IMG/VR virus record: IMGVR_UViG_3300044568_002742
Coordinates: 7,068 to 71,067 of that record
DNA length: 64,000 nt
Direction: 5' to 3' (one strand)
DNA from: a virus
Under the pieces are notes generated by a model that made no database searches, was not told where the DNA came from, and worked only from the letters and a program-made list of their open reading frames with translations. The position numbers and the translations under genes were made by a program. This document shows positions 10,121 through 19,731 of this stretch, piece by piece. The first letter of the stretch is position 1. The number at the start of each line of letters is the position of its first letter.

Positions 10121-10650
10121 AGAGAGAGTTGACATAATCAATATGAGCCATTATAATGGCTCATCAACAAATAGGAGCAAAATCACATGATAGTAGCAAT
10201 AACGGTATTATTTCTCGGTAGCGTCGTATTTGGTTATCTTTTAGCGAGGTGGTTATAATGTATCAAGTTCATTACCATAATGGCATCATCTCATTTCATA
10301 CAACCTTGGATAATGCAAAACTACTAGCACGCAAAGAACAAATAGATTACCAGATAATCGATACGGGGATAAATGAAATAATATGGGATATCAATGATGA
10401 TATCTTGGAACATCTCGAAAGTACTTGATTTATATAAAGATTAAATTAAAACGCGTTTAAACAGCATTATAATTACCACTACCCTTGGTGGTACCAAGGG
10501 TAAGGTATTTTAAGTGTTGAAAAAGTGAAAAAGTCTCTTATAAGCTATTGATTTATAAGAGGTGAAAACTAAGTTTTTTTCTGTAGAATAAAGCTTGACA
10601 GGATGTTTTAATGTGTTATAATAACTCATCATCACAACTAGGAGCAATAT

Positions 10651-10869
10651 ATGAATGACATTGAATTAAACGCCATCAAGATATCGACAAGATTTCACTT
10701 CAGTGAAGTGGAAGATGATGAGTTGGAAATCTATGGAGCATTATCTAATTCGGATACCGATGATGAGTTCCCCTATGTGGTATGGCGACCATTTGAAGAT
10801 ATGGCTAATGATCAATTATGGGATAGTGTTGAGGCATTGAAGGACGATATCATGAGGACATTTAAATGA
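10651..10869 (+). CDS. Hypothetical protein
   Basis: AGGAGCA RBS, promoter 10595. Confidence 0.7.
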   Translation: MNDIELNAIKISTRFHFSEVEDDELEIYGALSNSDTDDEFPYVVWRPFEDMANDQLWDSVEALKDDIMRTFK

Positions 10870-11099
10870 AGACATTTGATAAAACACTTAATATTGATGC
10901 CAGTAAATTTACAACTTATGCAGTAAAGAGAAAGCTAGAAGATATCTTATTGGATATCTATGGTGATAACTTACATAAAGAACGATATGTGGAACAATCT
11001 TTGTCCAATGACCCACAGGTATTATTTCTATATTATTCTGATATGAAACATGTTGCAACATGGAATAGTAATAAACGAGGTGGTTGGATATTTTGTTGA
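10866..11099 (+). CDS. Hypothetical protein
   Basis: Coupled to the upstream ORF. Confidence 0.65.
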   Translation: MKTFDKTLNIDASKFTTYAVKRKLEDILLDIYGDNLHKERYVEQSLSNDPQVLFLYYSDMKHVATWNSNKRGGWIFC

Positions 11100-11151
11100 C
11101 AGGATGTTTTAATGTGTTATAATAGTCCTAACTTAAACGAAGGAGCATAAC

Positions 11152-11379
11152 ATGTTGAAACCAGAGATAAGACGGTATAGTGAAATTGCACAAACATTTA
11201 TCACTAATGATAGCAAACGACATAACGGTAATGGAGAGATATGCTATCCATATGCCTTTGGTTATAGCTTATCAGAGATGGCTTGGACTCTTGAAAAATT
11301 ATCATTGAATAAAAGACAAATAAAAATATTAAAAGAGTTGACAACAAAGCTAGAAGCTGATATAATAGATATAACTTAA
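11152..11379 (+). CDS. Hypothetical protein
   Basis: AGGAGCA RBS, promoter 11096. Confidence 0.7.
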   Translation: MLKPEIRRYSEIAQTFITNDSKRHNGNGEICYPYAFGYSLSEMAWTLEKLSLNKRQIKILKELTTKLEADIIDIT

Positions 11380-11632
11380 CTGGGAGCAGATCATGAACAT
11401 AGAAGCAAAACGACTAGCAGTAATTGAGGATGCCTTTGATACTTGTTTGAATGATAGCCATTATTTGATGTTCATCTTAAAAGATCACTATGGTAATTTA
11501 TCAGATGAAGATGTTGAAAAATATTATGAAGATGCGTTTGGTGATAAGCCAGATTGCTTGTAGGAAATAAAACTTGACAATGTGGTTATTACTCGATATA
11601 ATAACCACAACATAAATTAACTGGAGCAGAGA

Positions 11633-12421
11633 ATGAATTTACTAGAAAGTGATGAACAAATTATGGAACGTCTTAGAGAACGATTTGAAATTCTCGAGGA
11701 TATGACCAAAGCATGTAAGGCAGGCAAGGTACGGGCATTATTAGTTAGTGGTGCGCCTGGGGTAGGTAAGAGTTTCGGTGTAGAGAAAGTTCTAAGTGGA
11801 CATGATGTATTCGCCACTATAGCACAAGACAAATCACTTAAGAAATATGAAGTAGTTAAAGGTGCCATTACCGCACTGGGATTGTATGCCAAGTTATATG
11901 AATATAAAGGTGATAAGAACATATTGGTATTTGATGATTGTGATAACTTGTTCTATGATGAATTATCATTGAACTTATTGAAAGCGGCATTGGATACAAG
12001 CGAGAAGCGTACATTAAATTGGAATGCAGAAAGTTATAAATTGAGAGATGAAGGCATTCCTAGTTCATTTGAATTCAAAGGCGGAGTGGTATTCATCACC
12101 AATGTAGATTTTGAACATATCCGTAGTAAGAAATTGCGCGACCATTTAGCCGCATTATCTTCACGATGTCATTACTTGGATTTGACAATTCATAGTGAAC
12201 GTGATAAGATTTTACGAATTAAACAGATCGTCGCTGATGGGATGTTAAATAAACATCAAATAACAGAAGAAGATAAAATTGATGTAGTGAACTTCATTAC
12301 AGAAAATAAACAACACCTGAGAGAGTTGTCATTACGTACAGTTATAAAATGTGCTGACTTGTGTGCTAGTTTCCCAGATAAATGGAAACGTGTCGCAGAA
12401 ATGACATTAATGAAAAAGTAA
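11633..12421 (+). CDS. P-loop AAA-type ATPase
   Basis: Walker A GAPGVGKS, Walker B ILVFDDCD, sensor FITN, arginine finger ALSSR. Confidence 0.85.
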   Translation: MNLLESDEQIMERLRERFEILEDMTKACKAGKVRALLVSGAPGVGKSFGVEKVLSGHDVFATIAQDKSLKKYEVVKGAITALGLYAKLYEYKGDKNILVFDDCDNLFYDELSLNLLKAALDTSEKRTLNWNAESYKLRDEGIPSSFEFKGGVVFITNVDFEHIRSKKLRDHLAALSSRCHYLDLTIHSERDKILRIKQIVADGMLNKHQITEEDKIDVVNFITENKQHLRELSLRTVIKCADLCASFPDKWKRVAEMTLMKK

Positions 12422-12433
12422 AACCCCCCCCCA

Positions 12434-12609
12434 GAGGCGCAAGCCTCAATAATAGATAAGTGAGTAGGATTGCTCCCTGAAAACTTATCCAATAAAGTAT
12501 TGAATAGGAAGGATTGCTCCCCTGATAATTCATTACTCCTGAGGACATTGTCCTCATTAACAAGCCCTAATATCGACGGTTGCTCCCCTAGATATCAGGG
12601 CTTTTTTTT
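12434..12609 (+). ncRNA. Structured 3'-UTR/small RNA with three TTGCTCC (anti-GGAGCAA) loops, ending in an intrinsic terminator
   Basis: Five consecutive hairpins; TTGCTCC at 12470, 12514, 12580; AAGCCCT/AGGGCTT stem followed by T8. Confidence 0.65.
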
Positions 12610-12679
12610 GTTTAGGCTATTGACAAAGTAATCCAATCAAGTATAATAGACACATCATCAACACCTTGGAGCAAATACC

Positions 12680-13354
12680 ATGACAATAGTTAAAGCAAAG
12701 TTAGTCCTCGACATTACCTATGATACCACAGAATTACAGGAAGATGGTGCGGATTTAGTTAAAGGACATTTAGAAGCATTGATGGATACTATATCTGGCG
12801 ATGGCGATTTATCAGGTTATAATGATATGACAGTTGAGGAATGGTCGGTAAAGGTTGCCACTCATGAAATCAAAACCCGTATCACCTATGATGAATTTGA
12901 AGAAAAGTATCAACCGATTAAGAATCATTTAGATGATAACGCATCCTATGATGGGGTTATGTATGAAACCTTTGGTGATGAAGTCCAATATATTTTATCA
13001 CTAGCTAATGACGAACATCATAAAGAAAGAGTATGGACAGTCATTGGTGATTGTAATGCCACAGTGGTAGTATCGGGTTATCATTTGGTCAATAGACTTG
13101 GTTATATTATCACCAGTAAGCCATTAGAGCAAGACTACATGGAGGTATATGACCCAGACTTAATCAAAGCAGTAGGCGATGAAGTATATTGGGAAGATTG
13201 CGACAATGATGAATCTTCTGGTTATTACACCATAGCGAAAATTAAAACACCAAGTGGTAAATTGACTGGTACTAGCGATGACGATGATACCATCATTCTA
13301 TTAACTAATGAAGATGGTGCTGAAACCGAAGTATGCTATTACGAAATATCTTAA
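12680..13354 (+). CDS. Hypothetical acidic protein
   Basis: GGAGCA RBS; YETFG.E...VWT...GYHLVNRLGY motif. Confidence 0.75.
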   Translation: MTIVKAKLVLDITYDTTELQEDGADLVKGHLEALMDTISGDGDLSGYNDMTVEEWSVKVATHEIKTRITYDEFEEKYQPIKNHLDDNASYDGVMYETFGDEVQYILSLANDEHHKERVWTVIGDCNATVVVSGYHLVNRLGYIITSKPLEQDYMEVYDPDLIKAVGDEVYWEDCDNDESSGYYTIAKIKTPSGKLTGTSDDDDTIILLTNEDGAETEVCYYEIS

Positions 13355-13440
13355 CAATGCTAGCTGTATCATAGGCGTATAATGCTTGACATGCTGGGTA
13401 GTATCATGTATACTACCCAGAACAAATGAAGGAAAAGACA

Positions 13441-13602
13441 ATGCAGGAATATGACGTAACATTAAGAGAGTATCACGAGGGTAGATGGTTGGATGAAATT
13501 GTATTTGAATGTTCAGCCGATGACCACGCACATGCTCAAGAACAAGCAGAGAATGCCTACCCAGATTGTATAGTGATGAGAGTAGAATTATATGAACAGT
13601 AA
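13441..13602 (+). CDS. Small hypothetical protein (MQEYDVTL..., 53 aa)
   Basis: Hand-translated; promoter at 13386, AGGA RBS. Confidence 0.55.
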   Translation: MQEYDVTLREYHEGRWLDEIVFECSADDHAHAQEQAENAYPDCIVMRVELYEQ

Positions 13603-13755
13603 CGGACATTATATCAGCACTCATGCGAGGGCTATTGCCCCGATGAATGAAATAAAACATGAAACAGATGTAATGATATACACGATCATAATTGCAATCT
13701 TTATATCAATCATAATCAGCTGTGTGAATGATATCAGTAATTCAATAGAAAAGCT

Positions 13756-14301
13756 ATGGAAAAATTAGAAAGAGATACCCCCGAGCTATTAATCACCATA
13801 GATAATTTTTTATCCAAGAGTGATAACAAAATAATAACTGATGCCTTTTTAGCACAGAGTGGATTAAGGTGGACTGATAATGATATCAATAATGTCAATA
13901 AAGAAAAAGATTTGGTTACATCTAAAATTTTAAATGAAGTTAATAAGCATTTTAGTTTAGAGAACATGGTAGGATATGAAGGCTGGGCTAGATGGAATAA
14001 TAGTATTCCGGATTGGCATTATGATGTAGATGAACATGTGTGGTTTCATGACAAAATAATGAAAACACCTATATGTAGTATTGTCTACTATGGTGTGATT
14101 AAAGATTTAGTTGGTGGTGAATTCGTTTCAGAAACACATAGCATAAAACCTAAAGAAAATATGTTATTGATATTTGCACCAAAAATATACCATAAGGTAA
14201 ATCAATATACTGGTGAACGTATGGGTATTGCCATTAACCCATGGGCATTCAAACCCGCTGATTACGTTATACAACCCAGCAGAACCAGAGCTATTTTTTA
14301 A
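13756..14301 (+). CDS. 2OG-Fe(II) oxygenase
   Basis: WHYD (HxD), GGEF, LIF...YHKV, R.GIAIN. Confidence 0.75.
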   Translation: MEKLERDTPELLITIDNFLSKSDNKIITDAFLAQSGLRWTDNDINNVNKEKDLVTSKILNEVNKHFSLENMVGYEGWARWNNSIPDWHYDVDEHVWFHDKIMKTPICSIVYYGVIKDLVGGEFVSETHSIKPKENMLLIFAPKIYHKVNQYTGERMGIAINPWAFKPADYVIQPSRTRAIF

Positions 14302-14329
14302 CTTGACTTACTGAAGCAGACATGACATA

Positions 14330-14635
14330 ATGTCTGACAACACACTTGCTAGCTGTATATATGGGAGGGGAAGAATGAAATCATGTCCAATGTTGGAAAA
14401 AGCCTATCAGGCAGAATATTACAAGAATAATATCGAGAAGATTAAAGAACAACGTAGACAATATTACCAGAATAACAAAGCTGCATTTGCTGCCAGAGGG
14501 AGGGCATCACGCGCTGCCAACCCAGAACTAACCAAACTGGTAGATAGATTGATTTATGAAAGAACACGCGAGGATAAGATTGCCAGATCAAAAGCACGTT
14601 ATTGGAAATTGAAGAAAGAAAGAGAAGAAGCATAA
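14330..14635 (+). CDS. Basic helical hypothetical protein (likely start 14375)
   Basis: YY..N.EKI repeats. Confidence 0.55.
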   Translation: MSDNTLASCIYGRGRMKSCPMLEKAYQAEYYKNNIEKIKEQRRQYYQNNKAAFAARGRASRAANPELTKLVDRLIYERTREDKIARSKARYWKLKKEREEA

Positions 14636-14799
14636 TGTATATTTTATTAATAGCACTATATAGTGGTGAGGTACTTCACACCTATCACGATACCTCCCAG
14701 GAATGTGAACGGGCATTATACCAGGCGATTGATGAGGGCAGGAGAAAAAAGATAGCGGATATTAAATGTTTTGATGCCAAAACTTACTATCAGGATTGA
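14635..14799 (+). CDS. Small hypothetical protein
   Basis: TAATG coupling with the upstream ORF. Confidence 0.5.
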   Translation: MYILLIALYSGEVLHTYHDTSQECERALYQAIDEGRRKKIADIKCFDAKTYYQD

Positions 14800-15056
14800 C
14801 TATGATACGCGCAGGTTCCCAAATGAAATGGCACTTAGCAGAAACCCCACCACCATTAGAGATTGAAGAATTCAATCGAATGGAATCAATACCAGTATTG
14901 GCATACTTGGGCAATAGCGTAGGTGCTGTAATGACAGTGGTTAAGTATAGCAGATATACCGACGAGGAAGAAGGATGTTGGATTGATAATGGAAGCGAGG
15001 CATGGGATGTATCGGGTGTTATAACACATTGGCAATTTTTACCACCGACTCCTTGA
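14796..15056 (+). CDS. DUF551-like protein
   Basis: W....TPP N-terminus and ITHWQFLPPTP C-terminus. Confidence 0.65.
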   Translation: MTMIRAGSQMKWHLAETPPPLEIEEFNRMESIPVLAYLGNSVGAVMTVVKYSRYTDEEEGCWIDNGSEAWDVSGVITHWQFLPPTP

Positions 15057-15110
15057 CATCTATGACTATTGTGTTATACTAGACACAACTTAACACCAAC
15101 GGAGCAAATC

Positions 15111-15344
15111 ATGGAATCACCAACTATCAAATACCCAGCAAATGGCACGGCTTATAAATTACTCAATGGTGTGTTGATGTTCGCACCATTAGATAATGAT
15201 AATGTCATCATTGAGGCATTTGGGGAAGAAGATTGGGGCGAGGTTGACTTTGACCGATTATCTACCGTGGATAGCCTATATCCCAAACAAGCCTTATTTG
15301 TTCTCAAAACCACTATGGAGATGAATGATTATTTGTTGAAATAA
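15111..15344 (+). CDS. Hypothetical protein
   Basis: GGAGCA RBS. Confidence 0.65.
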   Translation: MESPTIKYPANGTAYKLLNGVLMFAPLDNDNVIIEAFGEEDWGEVDFDRLSTVDSLYPKQALFVLKTTMEMNDYLLK

Positions 15345-15409
15345 GTGCTTGACTTAGTCCACGGATGGACTATAATAGACACAACATCAACACCAACGGA
15401 GCAAACATC

Positions 15410-15601
15410 ATGATATTATCTACACCAGAACAAATCAACAAATTCCAATTACTAACTTTGAAGTCAGCATTAAAGTTAGAAGTTTTGGGAATGGCAAGAC
15501 GAGGAAAATCAGCCAATACAATGGCTTGCCAATTACTAGGATTACCAAAGGGAACAAAAAAAGAAATAACCCTAGCAAAGTTAATTGAATATATCGGATA
15601 A
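15410..15601 (+). CDS. Hypothetical basic protein
   Basis: GGAGCA RBS; ALKLE..GM.R motif. Confidence 0.7.
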   Translation: MILSTPEQINKFQLLTLKSALKLEVLGMARRGKSANTMACQLLGLPKGTKKEITLAKLIEYIG

Positions 15602-15641
15602 AAGGTATTGACAAGGGCAAGGATGCCCTGTATAATTACAT

Positions 15642-15723
15642 CATCAAATCACAGGGAAGCAATGGCAGGAAGCCATGTCGGCAGTCGATGCGTATCCAGT
15701 AGTTTCAAAGGTAGGTCGTCTTT
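15642..15723 (+). ncRNA. Candidate small RNA, copy B
   Basis: Promoter 15608-15636; ATGGC-AGGAA-GCCAT hairpin; core 15695-15713; no GGAGCA-led ORF. Confidence 0.6.
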
Positions 15724-15803
15724 AAAAAATAATAAAAAATAAAGTTGACAAGTAGTAATTACCTGTTATAATAATCACAACATCAACACCAACGGAGCAA
15801 ATC

Positions 15804-16019
15804 ATGTTAGATTTAGTAAACGCAGTAAGACGTCATGCAATGGCAAATTATGACGTAGATGGCTGGGACTATTTGGTAGAGTGCTATGACGATGGCGACA
15901 TCATTGAAATTATATCAGATGCTGAAGCAACAACCGTGCCAGAAGCAATAAAGGCAGTTCATAAAGAAGTAAAATTCCAAGATGATTATCGAAAAGAAAT
16001 TCAATCAACCGAGTTTTAA
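15804..16019 (+). CDS. Hypothetical protein
   Basis: GGAGCA RBS, own promoter. Confidence 0.7.
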   Translation: MLDLVNAVRRHAMANYDVDGWDYLVECYDDGDIIEIISDAEATTVPEAIKAVHKEVKFQDDYRKEIQSTEF

Positions 16020-16082
16020 TTACTTGACATAACACAGGGACGTGTTATAATAATCACAACATCAACACCAACGGAGCAAATC

Positions 16083-16337
16083 ATGGCTTATCTAGCTAAA
16101 GTTCAATCAAGTATTTCTGGTATCCCTTGCTTAATAGGGGTAATGACATACGCCAATGTAAAACCTTGGAAGGGCTCAGCTCATTCTTGCCCATCAGACC
16201 TTGATTATTATGGTTACTGTGAGATGGAATATGACGTTTTAGACCGTAAAGGTTATATGGCAAATTGGTTATCCAAAAAAATTACCGATTATGATATAGA
16301 GCGAATCGAGGAAGCCGTACATAATCATTTTAATTAA
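16083..16337 (+). CDS. Hypothetical protein
   Basis: GGAGCA RBS; DYYGY...LDR.GY...WL motif. Confidence 0.7.
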   Translation: MAYLAKVQSSISGIPCLIGVMTYANVKPWKGSAHSCPSDLDYYGYCEMEYDVLDRKGYMANWLSKKITDYDIERIEEAVHNHFN

Positions 16338-16398
16338 CCTATTGACAAGGGCAACGGATTGCCCTATAATATCAGCTTACCAACTAGGAGCAACCAAA

Positions 16399-16560
16399 AT
16401 GAAAGATTTTATCGCATTCTACAAAGAAAAACAAATCGTAGTTCAAGCCAATTCCTCATATGAGGCACAAGAAACGGCTGCAAAGCTATTCAGGGCAAAG
16501 AAGTCCTATGAGGTATCTGTATTCTTAGCTGATAAAGCCGTCAATACCGCAAGTATATAA
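16399..16560 (+). CDS. Small hypothetical protein
   Basis: AGGAGCAACC RBS. Confidence 0.6.
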   Translation: MKDFIAFYKEKQIVVQANSSYEAQETAAKLFRAKKSYEVSVFLADKAVNTASI

Positions 16561-16600
16561 AATAAACTTGACAATGCACATGGACGTGTTATACTAGACA

Positions 16601-16682
16601 CATCAAATCAGGAAAGACATGCTAGGATGGCATGACGTCGTAACAACGAGAGTCCAGCAATTTCAAAGGTAGCTTGTCTTTT
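16601..16682 (+). ncRNA. Candidate small RNA, copy C
   Basis: Promoter 16568-16595; CATGC-TAGGATG-GCATG hairpin; core 16653-16671; ends AAAGACA/TGTCTTT can pair. Confidence 0.6.
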
Positions 16683-16984
16683 AAAAAATAAAAAAAATAA
16701 AGTTGACAAAGTATTTAATTCAAGTATAATAACATCATACCAACTAGGAGCAAATCATGAAAAAGAAATTCTTTGTACATTATACCGATCTTATGTGTGA
16801 TCAAGCATGCATTGCTGAAGTTTATGCGTATGATATCGAAGACGTAATGGAAGACTTCGACTACTCAGCTATACAGGTTGATTATATTAATACCGAAGCC
16901 GAGGAACAAGAAGAAAAATAAAATTGACAAGTGGTTATTATTCCATTATAATAATCACAACATCAACACTTTGGAGCAAATCGT

Positions 16985-17185
16985 ATGACTAGATACAAAC
17001 AGAATTGGTTTGAAACCTTGAATTCCGCATTAGAATCTGAAGGTCTGGTAGACTTATGGCCTCTTGGTACCAATGTATCATACGGGGAAAATGTCCGCTT
17101 TACGACCGAGTGTGGCAAGCACATCTCAGTATATCGCGAAAATGATGGCCGATACGAAAGGCCAATCCACTATAAGGTAAAATAA
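16985..17185 (+). CDS. Hypothetical protein
   Basis: GGAGCA RBS. Confidence 0.7.
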   Translation: MTRYKQNWFETLNSALESEGLVDLWPLGTNVSYGENVRFTTECGKHISVYRENDGRYERPIHYKVK

Positions 17186-17246
17186 ACTTGACAATGCACA
17201 TGGACGTGCTATAATATAATCTCTTTCAAAGCAATCGGAGCAAACC

Positions 17247-17441
17247 ATGTTACAAGCAATCTACCCAACTAAGAAAGCGTTAAAAGAATCAATCGGCAAA
17301 CAATTAAATTACCGTGAAACATCTATGTTCGGCTTAGAGTTTACACCAAATGGTAAATTCTGCGTAGCTGATGGAAGCCAAGCTAGAAAATGGTTTGCTG
17401 AAGTATGGATGGAAAATGGATTAATCGCTAAAGTAAAATAA
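17247..17441 (+). CDS. Hypothetical protein
   Basis: GGAGCA RBS; YPTKKALKE.IG..L.Y.ETSMFG motif. Confidence 0.7.
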   Translation: MLQAIYPTKKALKESIGKQLNYRETSMFGLEFTPNGKFCVADGSQARKWFAEVWMENGLIAKVK

Positions 17442-17597
17442 ACTTGACATAGCACATGGACGTGCTATAATGGTACATCATCAAAACTTTGGAGCAAACC
17501 ATGACAGTTATGCAAATGAACACCATAATACATCTTGTTGGATTGGCGATAATCGCAATCGCAATCATAGTACATAAATTCTGCTAGGAGGTAATAT

Positions 17598-17789
17598 ATG
17601 ATGGATGACGAGGAATATCTCAACGCTGGCGGAAATATCTGCCCATTTTGTAACAGTATAGAAATTCAAGAAGTTGGTAGCACCAACATCGAAGATGGTG
17701 TAGGCTGGCAGTTAATTGAATGTCTGGATTGCGATAAAGAATGGATCGACACCTATGCCTTAACTGGTTTTGTATTACCCCACTGCTAG
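17598..17789 (+). CDS. Small zinc-ribbon protein
   Basis: CPFC...CLDC..W; similar to 340-558; AGGAGG RBS. Confidence 0.7.
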   Translation: MMDDEEYLNAGGNICPFCNSIEIQEVGSTNIEDGVGWQLIECLDCDKEWIDTYALTGFVLPHC

Positions 17790-17803
17790 GAGATAATAAG
17801 AAC

Positions 17804-18031
17804 ATGGATACAAAAAAAGAAGAGGTTAGAGTATTACTTTACCCTGTTGATGACTATGACCGTGAACAGGCGGAAGACATGGAAAACAAGGCATACACTA
17901 TGGAAGAACTCAAAAGGGTATTGCCTGAAGATGTTATTAGTTATTCATTGGCGGACTTTATGAATGAGTGTAATGACCAAGAAATTGAATTAGAAGGTTA
18001 TTGGTTAAGCTATATTAGGGTAGAACTATGA
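17804..18031 (+). CDS. Hypothetical protein
   Basis: AGGAG RBS. Confidence 0.6.
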   Translation: MDTKKEEVRVLLYPVDDYDREQAEDMENKAYTMEELKRVLPEDVISYSLADFMNECNDQEIELEGYWLSYIRVEL

Positions 18032-18213
18032 ATGCACACTGCTAGGAGATAATATGCCAACATTAGAAGATCGATATAATAGCTATTGCCATTTTGCTGA
18101 ACAAATGGGCTGGTATGTTAAAACATTCGACGAATGGCTAGACAGCTAAAAAGATTGACAAGTGGTTATTAGCTGGTATAATGACACATCATCAACATCA
18201 ACGGAGCAAACAA

Positions 18214-18408
18214 ATGAAATTAACACCAGAGCAGGAATTATTTTTCGGCACAGAATTAGTAAGTCTATTGAACTTAAAGGAAAAGAATGGATTGTATAAA
18301 ACTGACTTTGGTGTAAAGACAGCCAAATCATTGGGAGCAATGATTGAAAGTTTATATCACGCTCATATAGCAGACAATAAAGAAACCCATATTAATTCAC
18401 AATTCTAG
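18214..18408 (+). CDS. Hypothetical protein
   Basis: GGAGCA RBS. Confidence 0.65.
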   Translation: MKLTPEQELFFGTELVSLLNLKEKNGLYKTDFGVKTAKSLGAMIESLYHAHIADNKETHINSQF

Positions 18409-18620
18409 TTGACATAGTACAAGGACGTGCTATAATAACTCATCATCAACGAAAGGGGAAAAGCAATGACTTATTATGACGTATGTTTTTGGGGCGGAAA
18501 TTACTACACCAGAGAAGTAAGACCACATTCTACCACAGTCTATATGGATACTGTAATATCATCACACGATGACCCCGACGAAGCTCAATTAGAAGCAGAT
18601 CGCCTTCAAGCAGAATTTGA

Positions 18621-18834
18621 AAACGACCCAGCAAATTGGGAGTAATACCATGCAAAAATACCTTATAGCATTGCCAATATTCAAAGGCGGGATAGGTTTT
18701 AACCACCCCACAATATTAGTTAGCGCTGTTAATAAAAGCGATGCCATAGCTATAGCAAGGCATTTAAAACCTGATTGTAATATAGGTGATGTCAAACAAG
18801 TCCATTACTAAAACGACCCAGCAAATTGGGAGTA
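18621..18834 (+). repeat. 25-bp direct repeat AAACGACCCAGCAAATTGGGAGTAA (18621-18645, 18810-18834)
   Basis: Exact match read in sequence. Confidence 0.85.
18650..18811 (+). CDS. Small hypothetical protein flanked by 25-bp direct repeats
   Basis: GGGAG RBS lies inside the upstream repeat. Confidence 0.6.
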   Translation: MQKYLIALPIFKGGIGFNHPTILVSAVNKSDAIAIARHLKPDCNIGDVKQVHY

Positions 18835-18875
18835 AAATAAATTTGACATAGCACAGGGACGTGCTATAATGTCAT

Positions 18876-18954
18876 CAAATCACAGGAAAGCAATGGCAGG
18901 AGGCCATGTCGGTAGTTAATACGTATCCAGTAGTTTCAAAGGTAACTCGTCTTT
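18876..18954 (+). ncRNA. Candidate small RNA, copy D
   Basis: Promoter 18843-18870; ATGGC-AGGAG-GCCAT hairpin; core 18926-18944. Confidence 0.6.
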
Positions 18955-19038
18955 AAAAAAATATAAAAAATAAATGTTGACAAGTAGTAATTACCTGTTA
19001 TAATAATCACAACATCTCAAAACGACTGGAGCAAGTCA

Positions 19039-19380
19039 ATGACCAAAGCTGAAATAATCGCATTATTGAACACTAATGACAAAGCTATCGCTAGAGCATT
19101 GGTGGTATTGAATGAAAGACAAACCGCAACAGAACAGCACTCAGGTGCTACCATCAACCAAAATGGCGAGGGCTTTACACCAGCCGATGCCTATATGGGT
19201 ACAAGTATGGCAAATGGCGTTATCAAGTATGGTAGATTGACCGAAAAGCAATTAGCATACTGGAGGCAACCAAACGCCAAAGGCACGCCACGTATCAACA
19301 AATACGCAGGTCAATTATTGGCTATCGCTCAGGCAAAGGCAAGATTGGCGATTGCCAATATGGAAAGAGAATTAGCATAA
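19039..19380 (+). CDS. Hypothetical phage protein
   Basis: RQT..EQ....T...NG.GF...DA motif; GGAGCA RBS. Confidence 0.75.
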   Translation: MTKAEIIALLNTNDKAIARALVVLNERQTATEQHSGATINQNGEGFTPADAYMGTSMANGVIKYGRLTEKQLAYWRQPNAKGTPRINKYAGQLLAIAQAKARLAIANMERELA

Positions 19381-19446
19381 TGGTATTGACAAGTGGCTAT
19401 TACCATGCGATAATAGCCACATCATCAACACATTGGAGCAAATCAA

Positions 19447-19698
19447 ATGGCTAGAATCAACACCCTAACAAGTATGGCTGAAAGTTTACAAATTGAATTA
19501 ATCTCACTAGAGGAAAAGTTCCTGCATAGAGCAATGAACTTAAACCCGCACTTACCAATGGGTGACGGTTTTAAAAACCAATGGATTGACGAGCGACAAG
19601 CCATTCGCGCTAAACGAGCAGAGCTAGACAAAGTAATCAAAGAAATCGATGACCTAAATGGCAATGACCAATATCGAGAAAAATATCTACATTTTTAG
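19447..19698 (+). CDS. Hypothetical coiled-coil protein
   Basis: GGAGCA RBS. Confidence 0.7.
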   Translation: MARINTLTSMAESLQIELISLEEKFLHRAMNLNPHLPMGDGFKNQWIDERQAIRAKRAELDKVIKEIDDLNGNDQYREKYLHF

Positions 19699-19731
19699 TT
19701 GACATAGCACAGGGACGTGCTATAATGTCAT

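Noticed and set aside
15675-15725. 16-codon peptide MSAVDAYPVVSKVGRL as the product of the repeat family
   Set aside because: Copy C has a stop and frameshift in this frame, differences between copies B and D are mostly non-synonymous, and SD-ATG spacing is only 2-4 nt. Kept only as a fallback hypothesis.
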